From a virus (lineage: Duplodnaviria; Caudoviricetes): a stretch of 64,000 nt of DNA. Location: positions 39,305-103,304 of the IMG/VR virus record IMGVR_UViG_3300037455_000100. One strand, 5' to 3'. The position numbers were made by a program, and so were the translations under genes. Shown piece after piece: positions 10,566 to 18,500 of this stretch. The stretch's first letter is position 1, and each line of letters begins with the position of its first letter. The notes under the pieces were generated by a model that was given only the letters and a program-made list of their open reading frames with translations, did no database searches and was not told the origin of the DNA.

Positions 10566-11486
10566 ATGATTATTAAAGTAGATGATTTAGAGTTACTTAA
10601 GAAGAAAGGTATATATAGTATTACTAACATATTAAATAATAAAAAATATATTGGAAGTACTGCTAAATCCTTTCAATCAAGACTTACTCAGCATTTAAGT
10701 AAACTAAGATTACAAAAGCATCATTGTGTACATTTACAATATGCTTGGACTAAATACGGTGAAGATAATTTTATATTCACTATTGAAGAGGTTTTAGATA
10801 ATGTAGATAATTTATTAGATAAGGAAGCTGAATATATAGCTAAGTATGATAGTTATCATTCTGGCTATAATGCTAATCCAAACCCTAATACATCCCCTAT
10901 GTTTAATGTAAATTCTAAAGAGAAAAGTTCTTTAACTCATAAACAACAATGGGAAAATCTACGAAATTCTATGACCGAAGAAGAATATCAGTCTTTTGTT
11001 AAAGATAGGTATGCTTTTCGATATGGAATTTCTCCGGCAAATAAGGGTAAAAAGGCTTCAGAAGAAATTAAAGTTAAAATGAGAAAGCCTAAGGTAAACG
11101 GAGTCACATCAGCCATGAAAGCTGTACATATTAAAAATGCAGAACTTATCAAAGATAAATCTGATTATATTTTAGTTTACGATATAAATAAAAATTGGAT
11201 TAATACTTTTAGGTGTAATTCGGACTTAGTATGGTATAGTAAATCGGAGTTTAATGACCTACCAATGATTCTTAAAAAGAATAGTAGTAGGTTCTTAGAC
11301 CCCTCCAAAATTGCTAACCATATTAAAGACGGAAGACCCTATAAAGGATTATATTTCGTGCGAGCTCCCAAGAGTAGGAAACTCTCTTGTGCAAATGGGA
11401 TGAATTCATGGAAAGCTGAAAAGCCAATCATGAGCCAAGCAGGAAGTACACTTTCTGAAGGTGCAGAGACTACTGGAGAGGTTTAG
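10566..11486 (+). CDS. Intron-encoded GIY-YIG homing endonuclease
   Basis: GIYSITNILNNKKYIGS, conserved R, E and GYN; NUMOD-like basic C-terminal segments. Confidence 0.92.
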   Translation: MIIKVDDLELLKKKGIYSITNILNNKKYIGSTAKSFQSRLTQHLSKLRLQKHHCVHLQYAWTKYGEDNFIFTIEEVLDNVDNLLDKEAEYIAKYDSYHSGYNANPNPNTSPMFNVNSKEKSSLTHKQQWENLRNSMTEEEYQSFVKDRYAFRYGISPANKGKKASEEIKVKMRKPKVNGVTSAMKAVHIKNAELIKDKSDYILVYDINKNWINTFRCNSDLVWYSKSEFNDLPMILKKNSSRFLDPSKIANHIKDGRPYKGLYFVRAPKSRKLSCANGMNSWKAEKPIMSQAGSTLSEGAETTGEV

Positions 11487-11579
11487 CCCTCTTAATAACC
11501 AGCTAGAGCGTCCCACACCTAAACATATTTATTATGCATGGTGATGATATAGTCCAACGGGTGAATGCTGCACCCTATG

Positions 11580-12217
11580 TCGCTATTAATTATGGAGGAG
11601 ATGCTAATACTATCTCTAAAAACAAGGGTATTCCTATAGAAGAGGCTAATACTATCTATAATAGTTATATGGAAGGCTTTAAAGGTCTTAAGAGATATCA
11701 AGACTTTAGAAGAAAAGATTGGTTTGATAAAGGATATATTCTATTAAGTCCTATTACTGGGCACAAAGCTTATATATATGACTGGAAAAAACTTAAAGAG
11801 GATAGAGCCAAAATGTCTGAGGAAGGATTTTGGGATGGATATAAAGATTTAAAAATGTTCTATCCAGAGCATTATAAAGTGCAAATGGTAAGAAATTTCT
11901 TTAAAAGAAAATCTGCTTCAGAGAAACAGTCAATTAATTACCCGATACAAGCAGCTGGCTCATTTTGTTTAAGATTATCCCTTGTATACTTCTTTAATTA
12001 TATTAGACAAAATAATTTATTAGGAAAGGTAAAAATATGTGTAACTCCTTATGATGAAGTTAACTGTGAAGCTCCTGAGAGTATAGCTGATACAGTAGCA
12101 GATGTATTATATAAATGTATGGTAAAAGCAGGCTCTTTCTTTTGTGATAAATGTAAATTAGATGCTGATATAAGCAAGCTAGATGACGGAACGTTACCAA
12201 CATATTGGATTCATTAA
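11580..12217 (+). CDS. polA: DNA polymerase family A, exon 3
   Basis: AINYGG, NYPIQ, motif C variant PYDE. Confidence 0.92.
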
Positions 12218-12229
12218 AAACATATTAAC

Positions 12230-12457
12230 ATGGAAAACAAATTATTTGACAATATAAATAATCCTTCGCATTATTGTGAAGGCAGGCAATATGAGCCTAT
12301 AGCCGTAATTAAAGATTGGAATTTAGATTTCAATCTTGGTAACGTAGTTAAGTATATCTCTAGAGCAGGTAGGAAAAATGATGCTCTAGAAGACCTCAAA
12401 AAAGCTAAATTTTATCTTGATTGGGAGATAGAATACTTAGAAAGTATAACTAAATAG
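12230..12457 (+). CDS. DUF3310 / T7 gp1.7-like protein
   Basis: NPSHY, FNLGNVVKYISRAGRK, EDLKKAKFYL. Confidence 0.85.
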   Translation: MENKLFDNINNPSHYCEGRQYEPIAVIKDWNLDFNLGNVVKYISRAGRKNDALEDLKKAKFYLDWEIEYLESITK

Positions 12458-12509
12458 AAATTTTTTATTATTGATTTGTAACAAGTTATAAGAAGATTTA
12501 AAAATAAAT

Positions 12510-12542
12510 TTTGGTAGTTTAAAAATATGTCATATCTTTGCA
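12510..12542 (+). promoter_or_regulatory. Bacteroidetes sigma-A promoter preceding the non-coding region
   Basis: TTTG (-33, ~12510) and TATCTTTG (-7, 12533-12540). Confidence 0.75.
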
Positions 12543-12545
12543 AAC

Positions 12546-13060
12546 GTAATCAAGACGAAGCTGGTTACAGATAATAAAAATTGAACCCTTATTTACCTGA
12601 TAAGCCTAATGGCATAAAAAACCCCTGTAATCCAGCTTCGTAATATGATTGCAGGGGAATTTTATTTCCATTAGGCTTTTTATTAAGCCAAAGACATATT
12701 AAAATGCTGATTCTTTAACTAGAAATCATGTGGTAAGAGCTGACGTTATAGAGAAGATAAGCCATCAACGCTGAGGTTATCGGTGAATCGAACGTTTACT
12801 CAGTAGGATGTAAAGAACCTCTGAAAGGAAAAGGGATGTACGCACGAACAGAGGCAGCAGGTCAATAAGGGTGCTGGTGCATGAGTGGATTTCATAATGC
12901 CTGAAAGTTGAATAGTGAACCACCATTTTATTCAACGCATGACACACTGAATTATACTGTGTAACAGTTGTCATAGATACCATCCTATGCTCTAAGCTGC
13001 TTTTCTTACAGTTAAAGAAAAGAAGTAGCTGGAGTTTAGGGGATGGTATGCAATCACCTG
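12546..13060 (+). ncRNA. Candidate structured non-coding RNA or cis-regulatory region, family unknown
   Basis: No sizeable + strand ORF, raised GC, consecutive stem-loops with G-U pairs, own promoter. Confidence 0.55.
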
Positions 13061-13113
13061 AATTACCTGTGTAACAATTTAAGAGTTAAACAATTAATAT
13101 AGAATAATATAAC

Positions 13114-13350
13114 ATGATTATAGACACAGATAAGTTTAAATACAAACCGCAAGATGAATTTTGGCTTATGGCTGACAATGAGCCTGCATGTATAAAAATA
13201 CACTCTATAAGCATTCAATATATAAATTGGATAATTGAAAGTGTTGAGGTTTTTTATAGGTGTACTAACTCTAGAACATATACAGAACAATATTTAGATT
13301 CGTTATGTCGTACTAAAGAAGAATTATGTAAGAGAGTTTTTAATGTATAA
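13114..13350 (+). CDS. Hypothetical protein
   Basis: 78 aa ORF with AT-rich leader. Confidence 0.65.
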   Translation: MIIDTDKFKYKPQDEFWLMADNEPACIKIHSISIQYINWIIESVEVFYRCTNSRTYTEQYLDSLCRTKEELCKRVFNV

Positions 13351-13357
13351 TTGATTT

Positions 13358-13501
13358 ATGGATAAAGAAGAATTTATTAAAAACGCTACTCAGATATTAC
13401 AAGACTGTGGTTTAACAGAATCTCAATCTGAAGCACTGGCAAATCTTACTATAACATCTGAAAAGAATAAGATTAAGCAATTGATAGATGATACCGTATA
13501 A
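13358..13501 (+). CDS. Small hypothetical protein (47 aa, MDKEEFIKN...)
   Basis: Not in the track; fills the gap between neighbouring genes. Confidence 0.55.
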   Translation: MDKEEFIKNATQILQDCGLTESQSEALANLTITSEKNKIKQLIDDTV

Positions 13502-13916
13502 TAATATAACAAAGCATGATTTTGTACCTGTAGATGTATGTAAAACTATGCAAGAAGCTGGTGTTCCTACAGATGATGCATATTACTTTATTACTAAGTA
13601 CAGATTCTATAATCATTATGAAATCCATACTAAAGAAGAAGTGTCTAAATTAGTACTACAACCAGATGAAATATACCCTACTTATACTCTATCACAGCTT
13701 TTATATAAATTAGATGAATGGCATCCAGATTATAAAGGACTTACGTTTTATAAAGATGCTCCGTTCTATTTCTTCTTATATGAAGACGCTAAAGATGAAT
13801 CTGAGTTTAGTTTAGTAGCTGATAGTCCTATTGTAGCTGCTGCCTATCTGCTTATAAACTGTGTTAAAGAAGGTTTTGGTTGTGTTAAAAATATAAATAG
13901 TAAATATGAATCATGA
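13488..13916 (+). CDS. Hypothetical protein
   Basis: 142 aa ORF, PTYTLSQLL motif. Confidence 0.7.
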   Translation: MIPYNNITKHDFVPVDVCKTMQEAGVPTDDAYYFITKYRFYNHYEIHTKEEVSKLVLQPDEIYPTYTLSQLLYKLDEWHPDYKGLTFYKDAPFYFFLYEDAKDESEFSLVADSPIVAAAYLLINCVKEGFGCVKNINSKYES

Positions 13917-14073
13917 TATAGTACATTGTATTGGTACAGACTGCCCTAAAAAAGATAAATGTTATAGGTTTAGAGCTTTACAGGATATTAATAAACCTAT
14001 ATACATAAATATTATGAACAGTGAATCTTGTATTAAAATTAATTATAAATTATTCTATAGTTATGAAAATTAA
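13906..14073 (+). CDS. Small Cys-rich protein (55 aa, HCIGTDCPKKDKCYRF)
   Basis: Not in the track; CxxxxCPxxxxCYR pattern plus a fourth Cys; overlaps both neighbours. Confidence 0.65.
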   Translation: MNHDIVHCIGTDCPKKDKCYRFRALQDINKPIYINIMNSESCIKINYKLFYSYEN

Positions 14074-14617
14074 AACGTTAGAGATAAGTGGGTTTCATAG
14101 TGCTTTAGAAGCATTAAGATTACCATATAGTTTACCACCAAGAAGTATAGGTACTAATAGTATAGATTTGTCAGGTAGTGTAAATAATGAAATTGATAAT
14201 GTAATCACTAATATTAATGTTGTATCTGTAAATAAGAAAGACTTAAATTTACTGTCAACATTAGTTAAAAGAGGTCCAGAACACGCTAAAGTACTTAGAG
14301 GTATTGTAGTATATGCTAAAATTACAGCTCCTATCTATATATGGTGTGAAATTGAGACGTACACAGTAGGACATTATAGACTATCAAGTGAATCTACTAT
14401 GCACACTGATTGTAAAGGATTATCTGGAGAAGAACTTCAATTAGCTAAAGCTTCTATTCCTATGGGTAAAGAACTTACTAAAGTAGATATGTTCAATTAC
14501 CAATCCTTACGTAACATTTATTTTCAACGTAGAAATCACAGATTACCTGAATGGCATGAATTCTGTGATTATATTACTACACTTCCTTATGCAAAAGAAC
14601 TAATAACTATAGAATAA
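14063..14617 (+). CDS. Divergent ThyX-like (Thy1-fold) protein
   Basis: H.K.LR, APIYIW, SSESTMH, NYQSLRNIYFQRRNHRLPEW. ATG at 14063 preferred. Confidence 0.6.
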   Translation: MKIKTLEISGFHSALEALRLPYSLPPRSIGTNSIDLSGSVNNEIDNVITNINVVSVNKKDLNLLSTLVKRGPEHAKVLRGIVVYAKITAPIYIWCEIETYTVGHYRLSSESTMHTDCKGLSGEELQLAKASIPMGKELTKVDMFNYQSLRNIYFQRRNHRLPEWHEFCDYITTLPYAKELITIE

Positions 14618-14618
14618 T

Positions 14619-15077
14619 ATGAGTTTAGATGTTTACGCTAAAATAGATGATAGGAAGATATTAGAAGGTAAACAGTATGGTACTTCGTATTATTATTGGA
14701 GTAGAGACGAAAGAGAAACTATTCAATATTTAACAGATACTGTATTATGGATTAATATAACACATAATCTTGGTGATATGGCATCCCATGTACCAATAGA
14801 GTTTTATGATGATTGTGGTAATTATTATAAAACTGATTTATATCATATAATGTGGAGACCAGAAGAAGTGTTTGTTAATAAAGAGAACATTAAACTAGCT
14901 GATGTTAGAGAGCCAATTGAAATAGGATTAAAATATGTACTATCAAACGAAGAAGAGTTAAGTAAATATAATCCTGAGAATGGTTGGGGTCATTATGATA
15001 ATTTCGTATATTGTTTGCCTGAGTATATCAGAGCTTGTTATAAATATCCTAACGCAACAATTACAATTAGCAGATAG
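14619..15077 (+). CDS. Hypothetical phage protein
   Basis: MSLDV, NITHNL, YNPENGWG motifs. Confidence 0.7.
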   Translation: MSLDVYAKIDDRKILEGKQYGTSYYYWSRDERETIQYLTDTVLWINITHNLGDMASHVPIEFYDDCGNYYKTDLYHIMWRPEEVFVNKENIKLADVREPIEIGLKYVLSNEEELSKYNPENGWGHYDNFVYCLPEYIRACYKYPNATITISR

Positions 15078-15097
15078 TTAAGTCTAATTTATGTGAA

Positions 15098-15132
15098 GGT
15101 TATACTCTATATGGGTATAACCTATTTTTTTT
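15098..15132 (+). terminator. Intrinsic terminator
   Basis: GGTTATACTC-TATAT-GGGTATAACC followed by a T-run. Confidence 0.8.
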
Positions 15133-15148
15133 ATTAATATTAAAAGTT

Positions 15149-15430
15149 ATGGAATACTTACAATTTCCTTTTGTAGAATTTAAATATAAGAATAGAAAAT
15201 ATGTATATCCTATAAATTATTCAGACCTTACATTCCAAGACGATAATGATGACTGGTGGGATATATGGCTTAAAGTTGGTAAGCGTGTGTATCAGATATG
15301 TGGAAAATATGAAGATGGTATAAGGTATATTGATGATATTATAATGTATGTATATAATAGTGATGACGATTTGACTGATGAAAATAGAATAGATACAATA
15401 ACTGATTGTAGAATAATATATGATAAATAA
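15149..15430 (+). CDS. Hypothetical acidic protein
   Basis: 93 aa ORF. Confidence 0.65.
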   Translation: MEYLQFPFVEFKYKNRKYVYPINYSDLTFQDDNDDWWDIWLKVGKRVYQICGKYEDGIRYIDDIIMYVYNSDDDLTDENRIDTITDCRIIYDK

Positions 15431-15501
15431 TTATTAACACAGTAGTAAATAATATTAATTTACTTTATTTTTATATTATACATATCTATATCATAAAAAA
15501 A

Positions 15502-15514
15502 TAGTAATTTTGCA
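15502..15514 (+). promoter_or_regulatory. Promoter of the RNAP gene
   Basis: TAGTAATTTTGCA. Confidence 0.7.
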
Positions 15515-15542
15515 CACGATTTATAACATAAATTTATAAGAT

Positions 15543-18500
15543 ATGATACACTGTATAAGTAAGAATAGTATTTATAATTCTGAAGATTTAGAACAGTTTA
15601 ATAAGATTCAAGAGTATTTTAATTGGTCTGATAGTGTTGCTGAAGCTAAAATAGGAACTTGGATGTCTATACACAATACTGCTGAATTTCCTACTATAGA
15701 CCAAATGAAATATTATATAGAAGATAGTGCTAGAAAACAATCTGAGAAGAATGGTTATACTACTGAAATGCAACAAATAAAAGACCAAGCCGTTACTGAT
15801 GGTACTTTTATGAAAGCGCCTAATGGCAAACCTACTAATCTTAATGAAAGACAATGGTTACAAGTTAGAACTAAAGCTTTTAAAGAATGGTTTGGTGATT
15901 GGGAAAGTTTAGCAGAAAGTCATTTAAATACTTTAGAAATACTCAATGAAGACGGTAGTATTAATTTTGATAAATTAGAAGAACTATCTGATGAATATTT
16001 CAAAAATGCTGATGAAAGTTTATTCAATAAAGGTCGTAAAACATTAAGAGAAAGACAAGAACATCACAAAGGAGAAAATAACACTTTAGAACATATACAA
16101 AATGTAGTAAAATCAGCACAACAATCTAATATTTCTGATAGTCTTAAACAGCATGTCGTTATAGCAGCTGCATTACATGATTTAGCAAAACCATTTCATG
16201 CTGGAAATAAACATGGTTTTCAAAGTGAAGGATTACTTAATAAGATATTTAAAGGTAAAGTAAGTGGTCTTGCTAGATTTGCTATAGCACATCACATGAT
16301 GACTATAGAAGAAGGACAAGAATTTACTAAAGAAGACGCTGAAAGAATTGTAAATGATGCTATAAATAGAAATTTAGATATTAATGAAGCAATAGACGTA
16401 TTAATAGCATTGCATATAGCTGATATTACAAGAGGAAGAAATCTTGAAGATATTGATGAGTATTCTAATAAATCTATACGTGAGTTTATTAATAATGAAG
16501 TTGAAAATAAAAGACAATTACTTAAAGAAGCTGCAAATACTAAAGAAGTTAATAGCGTTTCTAAAGTAGTTGATAAAAATGGCGAGCCTTTGGTGGTTTA
16601 TCATGGAAGTAATAAAAAGTTTTCTGAATTTGCAAAAGGAATTGCTATTTACACTACTAGCATAGAAATGGCAAATTCTTATTACTATAGTGAAATAAAC
16701 GCTGAAGAAGATTCTGAATTATTTTATTATAATGGTAAAGAAGAAGATTATGGTCTTGCTAGAGAAGGAGATTATGAACGTGCTTTGTTATTCTTAAATC
16801 AAGATAAAGAATTTCTACAACACTTATACTTTACAAATCCTAATGAAGTACCTAAAATACAAGATGACTTTGAAAATTTTATAGGACAAAACTATCCTGA
16901 ATATGCTATTGTTGAAACAGAGGATAAAGAACATTTAGGAACTGTTTATGGTGTGCTTTATAACAAAATACCAAAAGATAGATACAAAGAAATAGCTAAC
17001 GCTTTTGCTGAAAGTCAACATCCTTCTAATCCTGTTGATTATTATTATAATAAAATTACTGGAAAAAATTATGATTTATTTAATAATATAAAAAACCCAT
17101 TAATAGTTGATGCTGAAGATAAATGGTGGGATGAAATCTATTTTAACGGAGAACTACTACAGTCTACTAGAGATATAGAAGAGTATGCTAGAAAACATGG
17201 TTATGACGGCTTTATAGTATATAATGTAAAAGATTATGGTGGATATTCATTAGAAGAAAATTATGTTGGTTCTCAAAACATTTATGTTGCATTTAATCCT
17301 AATCAAACCAAATCTGCTACTGATAATATAGGTACTTTTAGTAAAGAAGATGATAATATTTATAAAAGTGAAGATTTTTCTAAAAAATTAAAATCTTATA
17401 CAGAGCGTTGGACGACTGAATTACAAGAATTAATTGATATAAATCCAGATAGAGCAAATGCTGTCGTAGCGGATTTTAATGAAAAACATTTTAATGTTAA
17501 TTTTGGAGTATACAATGGTAAGGTAACTGATAAAAATTTAAAAATAGATAATATTTCTATTGATAATCCAGAAGCTATTTTACAACATTTTAAAAATAAA
17601 GCCAAAAGTAAAGAGATTGAAAATATTATTTTTAATACTGTTTATGAAAGTCTTATAGGTGATACGATTAGTAAATCATCTAATGCTCATTTAAAACATA
17701 TATTTAATAGTATACGTAATAAGTTTGTTAAAAATGGTATAGAATTTTCCTTTGAATATAACACCTCTATAGAAAGTTCAATGGCTTTTCAGTGGAGAGA
17801 AGGTAAACCTGTAATATTTATAAATCCGAATAATTTAAGAGCAGAATTAACACTTTCCGATAATCCTTTAGAAAGATATACAGAACTTATAATTCACGAA
17901 TTAACTCACGGATTAATGTCTAGTTTGTTGGAAATTAACGAAGAAGATATAAAGAATTTATCACCTGAAGCACAAAAATGTTATAATGATATCTACGATT
18001 TATATAACTCTATAAAAGATAAATTACCAGAGAGTTATGGAAAAACAACTATCCACGAATTTATATCTGAGGCTCTTTCTAATAAAGAGTTTCAACTAGA
18101 ATTAGCTAAAATTAAATATGATAATACTAAATCTTTATTAGATAGATTTATAGAAAAATTCGTTAAAATTGTTTCTGAGTATTTAGGTATTGATATAAAA
18201 GATTCAGCATTAGAAAAAGTATTACAAATAACTTCTAATTTTACACATACTGAAGATAGTTTAGAATTAATCAATTTTTTATCTGATAACAACTCCATTT
18301 ATAATTCACAAACTATTATAAATCCTATATTTAAAGAAGAGTCTTCTAGTGGATATAGAGAGAGAACTATTAAAAATGCTAAAGCTGATGCTACAATAGC
18401 TTTTGCTGTAGATTTTAACTCTGCTGGTGAAAGACTTACTAAAAAAAGTGTTTTACAACAAAATAAAAAATACATACCTATAGATACTAACAATCCTGAA

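Larger units (their letters stand above)
10473..11579 (+). mobile_element. Group I intron 2 in polA motif B
   Basis: Removal gives GAG T|TC GCT, i.e. RQEAKGIEFAINYG. IGS GCTC (11364-11367) pairs with exon GAGT; P10 GCGA pairs with exon TCGC; P3 TGGGA/TCCCA; R GCAGAGACTA; S ATAGTCC; extra P7.1-type stem. Confidence 0.92.

Noticed and set aside
10226-11579. Track ORFs starting MHLNIFIMHG (10226) and MHGDDIVQ (11534) as independent genes
   Set aside because: Their N-termini are translated intron P8/P7 sequence; the remainder is polA exons 2 and 3.
12777-12983. 68 aa minus-strand ORF in the structured region
   Set aside because: Atypical composition, opposite to local transcription, no promoter seen; probably a shadow of the GC-richer element.
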